Assembly: GCA_011364925.1 (NCBI GenBank)
Contig: RDOA01000014.1
Coordinates: forward strand, 14,532-78,531
Length of the DNA: 64,000 nt
Direction of reading: 5' to 3'
Origin: Promethearchaeota archaeon
Lineage (GTDB): Archaea; Asgardarchaeota; Lokiarchaeia; Sigyniarchaeales; SOKP01
Part shown: positions 24,037-34,460 of the stretch, piece after piece
Numbering within the stretch: position 1 is the first letter of the stretch
How the letters are laid out: every line of letters starts with the position of its first letter
Notes under the pieces: generated by a model
What the model was told of the DNA's origin: nothing
Database searches by the model: none
The model's input: the letters and a program-made list of their open reading frames with translations, nothing else
Translations under genes and position numbers: made by a program

Positions 24037-24864
24037 TCAACCTTTAGCTTGTTTTATTAAGTAATCTACTACATATTTTGGTCCATTCTTAATGTAATTA
24101 AAATTAGGTGAAGAATTTATATCAGATAAATAAAAGGCACCGTTTTCTAATTTTAGAAAATCCATGGAACAAATTTGTAATCCAATTGCTTCTGCCGCTT
24201 TAAATGCAATTTCAGTCAATTCTGGAACATTTTCAATTTCTATCCTAGATTCCATCTTGTTAGGATTTATTAACACAGGTACTTGTTTATAGTAAAATAT
24301 GTCCTCACCGATAATGTATATCTTAAATTCCCATTTACTCCTCACAAAATCCTGAAAATATACATGTGAATATTTAGGTTTAATGCCACTGGATTCATCA
24401 ATAGCTCGCATATCACTAACTTCAAAAAACCCTTCCTTTTCTTTAATTTGAGGTTTGAAGGCATAATTTTTTTGATCAATGATATTTTTCATAATGTATT
24501 CCTTGTAAGGAGGAGAAGTCCCTATAGGATTTAATGTGAAACTGGGAATGCAAATACCCGCTTTTTTTAAATAAACACTATTCAAAAATCTATTAAACGC
24601 GAGCGAAATGCTTTTCGATGAATTAATAACAGGAATGTTAGTTTCTCTCTCGATTAATTTAACCAGACTTATAATCAAATCTCCTTTTGCTTTAACAAAA
24701 AATATGTTTTCATTAAATTCATAATGAGAGAAATCTATAAAGTATTCTTCTTCAAGATATATAGATACTTCTACTTTATTCTTGCAATAATCCAAAAATT
24801 GGGATGATTTCTTTTCCAAATGATAATTGTCAGTAATCAAACCAATTTTTATCAAATGACTCAC
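24037..24864 (-). CDS. ATP-grasp protein, ITPK1-like inositol phosphate kinase candidate
   Basis: PVINS..FNR, FQDFV, EFKIYIIGE, MDFL...SDINSSPNF. Confidence 0.7.
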   Translation of the reverse strand: MSHLIKIGLITDNYHLEKKSSQFLDYCKNKVEVSIYLEEEYFIDFSHYEFNENIFFVKAKGDLIISLVKLIERETNIPVINSSKSISLAFNRFLNSVYLKKAGICIPSFTLNPIGTSPPYKEYIMKNIIDQKNYAFKPQIKEKEGFFEVSDMRAIDESSGIKPKYSHVYFQDFVRSKWEFKIYIIGEDIFYYKQVPVLINPNKMESRIEIENVPELTEIAFKAAEAIGLQICSMDFLKLENGAFYLSDINSSPNFNYIKNGPKYVVDYLIKQAKG

Positions 24865-25012
24865 AATATTCTAAGTTATTTGGGGAAAATTGAATATTTT
24901 GTATTAGTGATTAGTATAATTCTAATTTACATTAAAAGAATTGCGTGAATCAATAATTACATTTATATATTTTAATTTGTTTTAAAGAAATCAAATTGAT
25001 CGGGTTTTTTAA

Positions 25013-25924
25013 ATGGCGAATAATATAAAAAGAAAATATATCGGAGCCATTTGCAATAGGGATCTTGAAGTAATGGAAAATATCAAGAAGTTCCTTATCA
25101 AAAATTATAATATTACTATAGTAAATTTGATGAAAAATGGATTTGAATCGTTTAATGCTAAATATTTAGAAAAAAAAATGAAAAAGTATCCATTTTCTTT
25201 TTTAATCGTTAAACTTGTTTCTCAACAAGAAAATAAACGAATATATGATATTCTTGATGACCTTTGCCCAGATATTCCGATGCTGAATGATTTAGAGTCT
25301 GTTCAAATTTGTGAAAGTAGATTTGATACTTTTAAAAAAATTCAAAGTGTATATAAAAAAATTAGTATTCCACAATTATTTAATTCTAAAATTGATGCTT
25401 TAGAAGCATCTCGTAATGGTGTTGACATAATCGTTAAACTTGATACTCATAATATACCCGATCTTCCTAAAAACGATAGGATTATTGGAATTGCTAAAAG
25501 TCCTTCAGAGTTAAGCGATTTAATTAATAATCGGGACGAAAAGAACTTATTTTTTCAGGAATATTTAGGAGAGCATGATATTATATATAAGGTATATGTA
25601 GTAGGTAATTGGGTTATCTCAATCACAGCTCAGAATCGTTTACACCAACTTTCTGAATTATCACCATTAGATTTGATGCATATTCGAGTTCCAGTAGAGG
25701 AGAAATTTAAAAGGAGGATTATCCGTCTTGGTCGTAAACTTGGATTATCAGTTTTTGGCGTAGACTATATTCTAACTGAAAATGGACCATATATAGTTGA
25801 TATCAACGATTTCCCTAGTTTTAATAACATTCCTGAAGGTGTGAGCTTAGTCTCAGATTATATATATAATCTAATTAGTATGAGAGAAGTTTATCAAAAA
25901 GCTTTCCTTAAAGTTAAGAGTTAA
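25013..25924 (+). CDS. ITPK1-like (inositol 1,3,4-trisphosphate 5/6-kinase family) ATP-grasp kinase
   Basis: FQEYL, IYKVYVVG, LGLSVFGVDYI, IVDINDFPSF match ITPK1 C-terminal signatures. Confidence 0.75.
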   Translation: MANNIKRKYIGAICNRDLEVMENIKKFLIKNYNITIVNLMKNGFESFNAKYLEKKMKKYPFSFLIVKLVSQQENKRIYDILDDLCPDIPMLNDLESVQICESRFDTFKKIQSVYKKISIPQLFNSKIDALEASRNGVDIIVKLDTHNIPDLPKNDRIIGIAKSPSELSDLINNRDEKNLFFQEYLGEHDIIYKVYVVGNWVISITAQNRLHQLSELSPLDLMHIRVPVEEKFKRRIIRLGRKLGLSVFGVDYILTENGPYIVDINDFPSFNNIPEGVSLVSDYIYNLISMREVYQKAFLKVKS

Positions 25925-25928
25925 AAGT

Positions 25929-26372
25929 TTATTTTCTCTTTTTTTCTCTTTTCACCATCTCCAATAGTTCAATTACTGCCCCAAATACTTCCACAGTATC
26001 CATATAAGCATACTTCAATCTTGGTGGAAACAAGCCCGATTGTACAACCTCTATTCCTTCTTGTTGAAATCTGTTAATATTTTTTTCCAAGTCCTCAACA
26101 AACACTCCAAAATGGTGGAGTCCCACTTTCTGACTGTCGACAAACTCTTTATATATAGAATCGCCTTTAAGCCATTGAAATATTTCTATCGATGTAGATA
26201 AGCATCGACTAACGCCCATCTTTATTGAAAATTTCGTTTCTCTGCCCCTATAAATAGCGGGATGATCTAAATCTTCAGAAAATTCAAATTTAGGCATGTT
26301 AAATAGGGATTCCATCCTTAATGCGTGTTTTTCCGGTTCTTGATATATATAACATATATGCTGAATCTTCAA
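25929..26372 (-). CDS. VOC/glyoxalase superfamily protein (methylmalonyl-CoA epimerase-like)
   Basis: IQHIC, IEIFQ, GLHHFGVFV, YAYMDT, IELLE; TTG start or upstream in-frame ATA at 26405. Confidence 0.82.
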   Translation of the reverse strand: MKIQHICYIYQEPEKHALRMESLFNMPKFEFSEDLDHPAIYRGRETKFSIKMGVSRCLSTSIEIFQWLKGDSIYKEFVDSQKVGLHHFGVFVEDLEKNINRFQQEGIEVVQSGLFPPRLKYAYMDTVEVFGAVIELLEMVKREKKRK

Positions 26373-26537
26373 GTTTGAAAAATCTACTTCTAAATTGGTT
26401 TCTATATTTTGTCCCCTCTACAAACAAATTAAAGTTTTTATGAAAATATTATATGTGTTTGAATTTAAACCTATTAGAGAAATATTTTTCTTCCTCAAAA
26501 TTTACATTCAAACCAAACAATATTTGAAATAAGTATC

Positions 26538-27062
26538 ATGGTACGCAGAATTGAAGTAGTTCCACACGATCCAAATTGGAAAAATAAGTTTAATTTAGAA
26601 GCAAGAATTATCAGATCGATATTTAACAAGGAAATTATAGCGATTCACCATATAGGAAGCACTGCCATCCCGCAAATTAGTGCTAAACCTATTATTGATA
26701 TTTTAGTTGAGGTACATGATATTGATAAAATAGATGATTACGATTTTAAAATGATTGAACAAGGATATATTCCCAAAGGAGAGTCTGGTATTCCTAGAAG
26801 GAGACTTTTTATAAAAGGAAGCGAAGAAGTTAGAACATTTCACATCCATATCTTCGAGAAAGGGAATTCAGAAATAAAACGACTTTTAAATTTTAGAAAC
26901 TATATGATCGCGCATCCTAACGAGGCACAGAAGTATAGTCGATTAAAAGAGAATCTTGTGCGAGAGTATCCCGAAGATATTAGTGGCTATATAGATGGAA
27001 AAGATAAGTTCGTTAAAAATATTGATAAAAAAGCCAAAGATTGGAAAGAAAAGCTAAAATAG
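26538..27062 (+). CDS. GrpB/UPF0157 family protein
   Basis: HHIGSTAIP, AKPIIDI, HIHIF, FRNY, Y..LK, YIDGK. Confidence 0.9.
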   Translation: MVRRIEVVPHDPNWKNKFNLEARIIRSIFNKEIIAIHHIGSTAIPQISAKPIIDILVEVHDIDKIDDYDFKMIEQGYIPKGESGIPRRRLFIKGSEEVRTFHIHIFEKGNSEIKRLLNFRNYMIAHPNEAQKYSRLKENLVREYPEDISGYIDGKDKFVKNIDKKAKDWKEKLK

Positions 27063-27083
27063 GTACAAAAAGAGACAGGTAAA

Positions 27084-27824
27084 ATGTCGTTTGCTATCTT
27101 TTTTGATGATGGGGGTGTACTTAATGATAATGATATACGTGGTCCCCAATGGAGTGCATTCTGTGGAGAATTCTTTCATTCAAAGTTTGGAGGAGATCCG
27201 AAAGTATGGGGTGAAGCAAACCGTAAAATAACCACATCATTAGCAACTATTTTTTGGGGTGATACGAAAGTGATTTCTCAAGATTACATTACGTTTTACG
27301 CTAACTATAAGAGTGAGTGGGTAAAGCAGATGTTTGAAGAATATGGAAGATCTGTACCACCTGAAAAGGATCGTGAAAGAATTTTCGATACTACGATAGA
27401 ATATGTATGGCCAAAAATCCATTCGGCTATACCTGGAATCGTTGAGTGTGTTAAGGAACTCTTTTCAAAAGGTTTTCTTCTTTACACTTCTACTGGTTTG
27501 CATTCAAAAGAAATAAAGATGGTCCTCGAAGGGATGGGCATAAAGCAATTTTTTAGTGAGTTTTTTGGTCCAGATTTGATAAATACTCGAAAGCGAAATC
27601 CCAAATTCTTTGATCATATCTTCAAAAAGGTAAATATTGACTCAAGTAAAGTGATTGTTATTGAAGATAACCCGGAATTTATTGGTTATGCTCTTAAAAC
27701 AGGAGCTCAGGTAATTCAAGCATGTGTAACGGGGGAATATCCTCCTCAATTTCCTTTATATGTTGAAAATATGCATGAACTTCCTAATATAATTGAAAAT
27801 CTTATAAAAACGCACGATCTATAG
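27084..27824 (+). CDS. HAD-superfamily hydrolase
   Basis: IFFDDGGVL motif I, ST motif II, K motif III, VIEDN motif IV. Confidence 0.8.
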   Translation: MSFAIFFDDGGVLNDNDIRGPQWSAFCGEFFHSKFGGDPKVWGEANRKITTSLATIFWGDTKVISQDYITFYANYKSEWVKQMFEEYGRSVPPEKDRERIFDTTIEYVWPKIHSAIPGIVECVKELFSKGFLLYTSTGLHSKEIKMVLEGMGIKQFFSEFFGPDLINTRKRNPKFFDHIFKKVNIDSSKVIVIEDNPEFIGYALKTGAQVIQACVTGEYPPQFPLYVENMHELPNIIENLIKTHDL

Positions 27825-27960
27825 TTCTCACAATTTTTTGGTACTTCAAGCGACCTCTTACCTTACATTTTTAAACAGTTCCGAATTTTATTATTTTAAT
27901 AATCAATCTTAAATGGTTCTAAATTTTATTATTATAATCGTATTTAGGGAGTCCATATTA

Positions 27961-29229
27961 ATGACAATATCAAGTAAAATTGTACAGAACGAAAAAGTGC
28001 GAACTATAGTTAATAAGGATTACGAGGATAAAGAATTTCTAAATCTAATGAAAAACATCACAGCTGATTCCATTAATTCTAATGCCTATTACAAAGAACT
28101 CGCTGTTAAAAAAAACTATAATATTGATGATGTGAATCAAAGGGATGATTTAGCTCTAATACCGTATATTACGGCATCTACTTTCAAAGAATCTGTGGGA
28201 ATGTATAAGAAATTATTGAAAATTCCCTTAGAATCCCCTGAGTTTAATACTTGGAACGTGTCGTCTTGTACAACTGGGGATCCCTCATTAGTAGGGAGAT
28301 CTTCAGACGATTTAGATTTTTTAGCCAGTATGACCATAAAGTGCATTTATGAGTTCATCCCAATACCGGTGGAGGAACACAATCAATACGGGACTATCTC
28401 AATGAATTTTGCTCCTAATGTTAAGTTCTTAGATCGGATTGCGATGAGATACACTGAAATGAGACCAGTGAAATTATATACCAGCACATTGAACGATATT
28501 ACTACTAGAATCACCAAACCAATGTATTTGATCAAGTTCTTTATCTTCAAAGCGTTAAAAGAGATAATCAAGAAACGTGGTTTAAGAGGTGCTTTCGGAA
28601 TTAATGCTCAACATGTTATAAAAACAATTAACAACAACTCAAGGTTACCACCAGATGATCAAAAAAACATTTCAATTGGGGGAAGCCTTCAATTATTAAA
28701 CACATTTATGAATAAATATTTAAAAGAGGCAAACATAAAATTTGACTTACCAAACTGTTATATAACTACTGGTGGTGGTGGATGGAGTGGACATAAATCT
28801 CAACTAAAATATCCTCCCATTGAGAAAAAACGGTTTGTTTCAGACTGTATTGAGTATTTTGGAACAAAAAGTGAAAATATTACTGATATGTATGGTTTTA
28901 CAGAAACACCAATAGTATTTGGAAGTCATTGGTCAGAAAAGCATCAGGATTTTATATTTCACTGTCCACCTCAAGCTAGAACTATAATTCGAGACATTAA
29001 TAATCTAGAACCTCTAAAAAGTGCGGGAGACACGGGATTTTTGGAAGTTCTTACCCCTTTTGGTGTGTCTGCCTCAGTAAATCATGCTATTCTCGTTGAT
29101 GACCTTGTACAACTTATTTCTAAGCATAAGTGTCTTGAATGTGGTTATGAAGGTTGTACTTTCATAGTTCAAGGAAGAATCAAAGACAAAACAGGACTAG
29201 GATGCTCCTCTCTCGTTGAATGGATCTAG
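27961..29229 (+). CDS. LuxE/PaaK-like acyl-protein synthetase (ANL adenylation superfamily)
   Basis: IPYITASTFK, SSCTTGDPS P-loop variant, TGGGGW, DMYGFTE, ILVDDL, GR....LGCSS C-terminal Cys; ATG 27961 preferred. Confidence 0.78.
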   Translation: MTISSKIVQNEKVRTIVNKDYEDKEFLNLMKNITADSINSNAYYKELAVKKNYNIDDVNQRDDLALIPYITASTFKESVGMYKKLLKIPLESPEFNTWNVSSCTTGDPSLVGRSSDDLDFLASMTIKCIYEFIPIPVEEHNQYGTISMNFAPNVKFLDRIAMRYTEMRPVKLYTSTLNDITTRITKPMYLIKFFIFKALKEIIKKRGLRGAFGINAQHVIKTINNNSRLPPDDQKNISIGGSLQLLNTFMNKYLKEANIKFDLPNCYITTGGGGWSGHKSQLKYPPIEKKRFVSDCIEYFGTKSENITDMYGFTETPIVFGSHWSEKHQDFIFHCPPQARTIIRDINNLEPLKSAGDTGFLEVLTPFGVSASVNHAILVDDLVQLISKHKCLECGYEGCTFIVQGRIKDKTGLGCSSLVEWI

Positions 29230-29300
29230 ATTATGTTAATATTTTTCTTTTATAAAAAAAGATTAATTTCGAACCATTGATTTTAAATCGGACTCAAGAT

Positions 29301-30392
29301 TTACCTTTCGCGTCTATTCTGTATGAACTTTATCAATCGTCTTTTTGCTATATTATCGTCCAATTGTTCGACAGGATGCTTATTAAAGAACGAGCAAGCA
29401 GAGTGTAATATCCCACCAATTTTGCGATCTCTAGCAATTTTGGAAATACGGACACAATCAGCTATAATTCCCGCTGAATTATTTCCATCTTCTACGAACA
29501 TAGTAATATCAACTCTTACTGGAGCTCCTCCAAAAACCCTGCCTTCGAGTCTCATATACGCTTCTTTCTGATTCTTTAAAAACGGGATGTAATCAACAGC
29601 AGACACTTGACATTCCACATCCTCCTTATTTTGAAGATTAGCAACGACAGCTTCAGTTTTAGACTGTCGTTTTCCCTTTTCGTAAACCAAATTTCCATTA
29701 GGTTGAGGTGTTAATAAGTTACAAAAATCAGACGATCCACCCCAATCGAGTTGAATTGTGCGATCGAGAATTGCCCCTCTCATAGGAAACAAATTTGTTA
29801 ATGAGCGATGAATAATAGTTGCTCCGATTTGGGATTTTACATCGTCTCCTATCAAGGAAAGGTTTAACTCTTGAGCTTTTTTCACGATTTCTGCATCATG
29901 TACTACTGGAGAAGGCATACCATTAACGATACAAGCACCAGCATTAAGAGCAGCCATTGCATAGTATTTTACTGCCTGATGACATCCCGTCGGCAATAAA
30001 ATAACGGCAACATCAACATTTTTACATCTCATTTCTTCGGTTACATCAGATACGAGCTGTTTTTCGTCAGTAGGAATTATATTTTTTATATTGCTATTTA
30101 AACCGTCCATTATCGGTCCTTTTAACACTGAAGCATTTAGGAGATTGGGTTCATATCTTTTCGTATTACAATTTGGGCTAACAAAAATCGCTTCACTTAA
30201 ATCTTTACCAACTTTATTCGAATTAACATCAAATCCTAAGACGAAATTAATATCATCAACCTGGTATTGAGTAATTTCCGGTAACAGACCGATGATATCG
30301 TTAGGATCTCTCTTATATTTTTCAACACCTTGAACTAAGGCGCTCGCAACATCTCCTATACCGATAAGACAAGTGTTGATTTTATTCGCCAT
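29301..30392 (-). CDS. ino1: myo-inositol-1-phosphate synthase (archaeal/actinobacterial type)
   Basis: IGIGDVASALVQG, GDDVKSQIGATIIHR, QLDWGGSSDFCNL, SKTEAV, EDGNNSAG. Confidence 0.93.
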   Translation of the reverse strand: MANKINTCLIGIGDVASALVQGVEKYKRDPNDIIGLLPEITQYQVDDINFVLGFDVNSNKVGKDLSEAIFVSPNCNTKRYEPNLLNASVLKGPIMDGLNSNIKNIIPTDEKQLVSDVTEEMRCKNVDVAVILLPTGCHQAVKYYAMAALNAGACIVNGMPSPVVHDAEIVKKAQELNLSLIGDDVKSQIGATIIHRSLTNLFPMRGAILDRTIQLDWGGSSDFCNLLTPQPNGNLVYEKGKRQSKTEAVVANLQNKEDVECQVSAVDYIPFLKNQKEAYMRLEGRVFGGAPVRVDITMFVEDGNNSAGIIADCVRISKIARDRKIGGILHSACSFFNKHPVEQLDDNIAKRRLIKFIQNRRER

Positions 30393-30567
30393 GATAAATC
30401 ATTTATTTTGATCGTATTAAAAACTTACAGAATGACCTAAAGTTAAAAATGCAATATATTAGCATTATGACACATTTAATAATATTTTGAAAATGAAATC
30501 TCAAAGTTCTTAAATTTATTGATATTAATAGTTTCAATTTAAACCCATAAATTCGAGTTTAGAGCAA

Positions 30568-33405
30568 ATGGAAACATCAAAAAAGAAGATATATTTAGCG
30601 TTATCACCACATATTAATTATTATCATTCATATAGAGGCGATTCTAAAGGAGAAACGGGATTTGGTAAAGATCTCGCAATGATGAGGGGGATCATTGATG
30701 AGTTAGATAAAATTGAAGATATGGGATTAGGGTCGATAAAAATATCATGGGATTATGGTGATACCTTCTGGTCAATTCAGCTCCAAAAGGAGTTTCAACC
30801 AGATGTGCTTGACAGAGTCATAGAAAGGTGTAAAAAAGGTAAAGATGAGGTTTTAATTGGTTCTTGGGGAAATGTAATGCAACCTGTTATGGACACTGAA
30901 GAATTCTTGCAACAACACCAATGGTTTTTAGAGAATTCAATGGGTATAGGTGTCAATCAATTATTTCCCGGAAGAGTAGCTCCATACGCACGAACTCAAG
31001 AATCGATGTTTTCTCAAGGAATGATTGAGCTTTACAACGATATTGGTGTAAAAGGAATATGCAACTACTATTCTGTTTATGGATTTGATGTAGCAAGACC
31101 CTTCCTCAATCCTCGATTAGATTGGAATCAAAGATACGGTTTGGTAAAATTTAAATCTACTTTGTCAGACGCCTCGTGCTTAATGATACCCACGTACGGA
31201 TTTGGGGACATTCTTGATTTTTGTTCAATGAAAAGATGGTTTAAAATTATAAGGGAAAAACAGTTAGGTGGAGAAATCAAAGGTCACGCTCTTCTTTTTC
31301 TAAACTTTGATATGGATTATGAAAATTGGCTTGGAATGAAGTTACCAAACTTTTTGAGCTGGCTACCGAATTCTCGGGGTTTAATGGAATTTGCAGAGGT
31401 TGTAAATCAATTAGAATATGTCGAGTTTACCAACTTGTTGGAAATTGTACCTAAATTGGAGGTACATGGTGAGACAACTCTTAGAGAGGATGTTGCTGAT
31501 GGGATGTGGAATGGATATTATAATTGGTCTCAAAAGTTTAACAACACGAGGTTTTGGACAGTAGGACAACGGGCACGATGGTTGAAATGTATCTCAGATA
31601 CATTTACTACTAAAAAAATTATCGAAAACTCTGCTTCGGATATTAATAAGTTAATAAGGGACAAAAGTGAATCTCCCGAGACTTATTTTAAAAATAAAAT
31701 CCTACTTAATTCAACAACTAATTTTGGAATGGCTATGCCATTTCTTCACTCTGATAGGCGAAAAACAGCTATTAGTTATGCATTGAAAGCTTTTGATAGT
31801 TCTCAAAAAGCATTTGAGATAGTTTTGAAAGAATATTCAACTGAACTAGACAAAAATCTTAAAAAATACGAAAATATGCTATTAATTTTACCTATAACTA
31901 AGAGAGGAGTATCTGAGAAGGAAACTATACCGTTAAATGATTATATATTAGCTCAATCGATACTACCCTCAAAAATTTGCGACTTAATAAAAGAAAATGA
32001 TAAAAAAATTAGACTGCTGAACATTTCTTCAGAAAAAGCATTAATATCTTTCTCCATCTATAAAAAACGTGATGGAGATCGCTCAAATTTCTGGTTCGAA
32101 GCACTGATACCTCGATCAGATTTTAACTTCGATGACTCGAACAGTGCTGCCTATGCTTTAACGATTTTCGAATCAAATCAAGAACAAAGTAAATCAGAAG
32201 GAAATGAATTAACAGCAACGAAAAATTCATTAAAAAACAAATTTCTCTCATTAGAATTTAATGAACTTGGAAAGATAAATTCCTTTAAATATAACGACAC
32301 TGAATTCGCATGTCCGAACTTTTTAGATTCATCGATAACCTACGGTAAAGCAAAGAATCCGAAATCGTATTATTCAAATAAAGATGAAATCATTGTCCAT
32401 CGAAAAGGTGACGATGGATTTTCTGCTTCAATTTCTATTACCAGCGAATTTCTTATAGAAAAAGAACACAAAGTTCAAGTTGAAAAAGTGCTCAAGTTAT
32501 ATGCAGATTTACCATACTTATTCATATCTGTTACAATGAAAATACCCGACATTAGAGGTGAAACAACGACTATTGGAAAAAGCGACGGAACTTCTTATTT
32601 TGTAGAGGAACAGTTTCAAGAAAAATGGCAAGAAATCATACCTTGTGAGATTAGATCAAACATTATCGGCTTAAATGAACCTCTAAAAATCTGGAAGCGT
32701 AATTTCTTAGGGGTTGTAGATCATTTTAATCTTGACATGAAAGAGGTTGATCCTAAAAACGCTAATATAGATTGTTTAGTAGCAAATATATCAGATGGAT
32801 GGATGGCTCTATCAAATGAAGAAAAAGGAATACTCGTTGGTTTTAATTCACTGAAAGCCTCAAATTTTGCATTTTCCCCGATTAAAATAAGAGATAAAGG
32901 TTTTGGAGATCTTGCGATTAAAGGTCAACAAGTAAGAATTAATCCGTTTGGAACATATTATGGAAAATTGCTTCATTACTGGTCGGAAGGAAACGCTCAC
33001 GCACAAAAGATTGTTTCCAAGTTAATTGGTACCAATGAATCTACAGCTGCGACATTCAGTGGTAAGAATGTTTCGTTTGATTTACTAATATCTCCTTACT
33101 TAGCGAATTCCCCTCCTGAACCTGTTAGAAATTTTGCAGATCATTACTCTTTCGAACCATTAGTCTTATTCAAACAAAAGGAAGAAAGTCAAATCTGCTC
33201 TAATCACGCTCCTTATGTCAAAGAGAAAGAGAAGATGATTGAAGAATTTGGGGTCGAAGATGTAATGAAAATGACTTATATTGAATGGGTGAAAAAAGTA
33301 AATGAGGGATATAAACCCTCTGAGTCAAGATCCAGTGGAGGATTACCGAATATATCGATTGTTAACATGATAAGAGTTTTAATTGATGGGATAAAAGGAA
33401 GGTAA
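30568..33405 (+). CDS. Large hypothetical protein with GH38/GH57-like N-terminal barrel and beta-rich C-terminus
   Basis: N-terminal HINYYHSYRGD, RTQE, NFDMDYENW pattern resembling the GH57/38 barrel; beta-strand-rich C-terminal half. Confidence 0.5.
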   Translation: METSKKKIYLALSPHINYYHSYRGDSKGETGFGKDLAMMRGIIDELDKIEDMGLGSIKISWDYGDTFWSIQLQKEFQPDVLDRVIERCKKGKDEVLIGSWGNVMQPVMDTEEFLQQHQWFLENSMGIGVNQLFPGRVAPYARTQESMFSQGMIELYNDIGVKGICNYYSVYGFDVARPFLNPRLDWNQRYGLVKFKSTLSDASCLMIPTYGFGDILDFCSMKRWFKIIREKQLGGEIKGHALLFLNFDMDYENWLGMKLPNFLSWLPNSRGLMEFAEVVNQLEYVEFTNLLEIVPKLEVHGETTLREDVADGMWNGYYNWSQKFNNTRFWTVGQRARWLKCISDTFTTKKIIENSASDINKLIRDKSESPETYFKNKILLNSTTNFGMAMPFLHSDRRKTAISYALKAFDSSQKAFEIVLKEYSTELDKNLKKYENMLLILPITKRGVSEKETIPLNDYILAQSILPSKICDLIKENDKKIRLLNISSEKALISFSIYKKRDGDRSNFWFEALIPRSDFNFDDSNSAAYALTIFESNQEQSKSEGNELTATKNSLKNKFLSLEFNELGKINSFKYNDTEFACPNFLDSSITYGKAKNPKSYYSNKDEIIVHRKGDDGFSASISITSEFLIEKEHKVQVEKVLKLYADLPYLFISVTMKIPDIRGETTTIGKSDGTSYFVEEQFQEKWQEIIPCEIRSNIIGLNEPLKIWKRNFLGVVDHFNLDMKEVDPKNANIDCLVANISDGWMALSNEEKGILVGFNSLKASNFAFSPIKIRDKGFGDLAIKGQQVRINPFGTYYGKLLHYWSEGNAHAQKIVSKLIGTNESTAATFSGKNVSFDLLISPYLANSPPEPVRNFADHYSFEPLVLFKQKEESQICSNHAPYVKEKEKMIEEFGVEDVMKMTYIEWVKKVNEGYKPSESRSSGGLPNISIVNMIRVLIDGIKGR

Positions 33406-33423
33406 TATAAAAGGCGATCTTGT

Positions 33424-34437
33424 GTGAAAGAAAAAATGAGAGCGTTATTATTTCCCGAACCATGGGTTGTGAAAATAATTAATATAGAAATCCCAAAACC
33501 AAAACCCAACGAGATTTTGGCTCAAATGATATCGGTTGGCATCTGTGGTAGTGATGTAGGAATTTTTGAGGGTGAACATTGGATAGTTGCTAACGAACCA
33601 GGAGGACATGGACACGAAACGGGTGCAATTGCGGTTGAAGTGGGAAGTGAAGTAGAGGGAATATCTATAGGAGATCATTTAGCCCGGATGGGACAAGGAT
33701 ATGCAGAGTATTCCACTCATGTAAATGTGATTGGACATGGTAAGGATGAATTCATTGGGGCTTTACCTATTGTGAGAAATGATCTCTCCATGGACGAAAT
33801 CTCTTTTGCAGACGCTGTAGGTTGCGCGATTAATTGTTATGAAAGAGCTGAATTTGAGAGAATAGAAGGCGAGAAGAAGGCTATTGTTCTAGGTCTTGGA
33901 CCCATAGGACTTATTCTTACTCAAATTTTGCTAAAAAATGGGATTGAAGTTGCAACATCCGAACCATATCATCATAAAAGAGATCTGGCAGAAAAATGGG
34001 GTGCTAAAGTATTTAATCCTAATGATTTTAGTCGAGTGACTCATGGAAAAGAGACTGTAGCTGATGAGATTAAAAAAAGTTTTGGTGAGGCTCAAGCGGT
34101 TTTTGAGATGGTGGGTCTTAATGAAACTCTCCTAAATGCTATAGATTTGGTTAAATCTGGATTTCGAGTAATGGTATTTGGCGCTCAAAAAATGCAACAA
34201 GTGCCATATGTTAACTGTAGAAGGAAAGGTGTAGAACTAGTTTATCCCGAAGCAATGGTAAACTCGAAGATAGATAAAGATTACTGGAACGATGCTTTAA
34301 ACTTAATTGCAAGCAAAAAACTTGATTTAAATAGCCTTATTTCAGACAGAATAACCTTAGAACAAGCAGTTGATGCATTCAAATACTATGATCGGGAAAA
34401 ATGGATAAAAATAATTGTAGAACCTCAAAAAAAGTAA
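33424..34437 (+). CDS. Zinc-dependent MDR alcohol/polyol dehydrogenase
   Basis: GICGSD, GHE, VLGLGPIG; structural-Zn Cys lobe absent; 18 nt after the upstream gene. Confidence 0.88.
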   Translation: MKEKMRALLFPEPWVVKIINIEIPKPKPNEILAQMISVGICGSDVGIFEGEHWIVANEPGGHGHETGAIAVEVGSEVEGISIGDHLARMGQGYAEYSTHVNVIGHGKDEFIGALPIVRNDLSMDEISFADAVGCAINCYERAEFERIEGEKKAIVLGLGPIGLILTQILLKNGIEVATSEPYHHKRDLAEKWGAKVFNPNDFSRVTHGKETVADEIKKSFGEAQAVFEMVGLNETLLNAIDLVKSGFRVMVFGAQKMQQVPYVNCRRKGVELVYPEAMVNSKIDKDYWNDALNLIASKKLDLNSLISDRITLEQAVDAFKYYDREKWIKIIVEPQKK

Positions 34438-34460
34438 ATAAAATTATTATCAATTAATAA

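Noticed and set aside
27961-29229. Bioluminescence (lux) operon
   Set aside because: No luxA/B/C/D genes present
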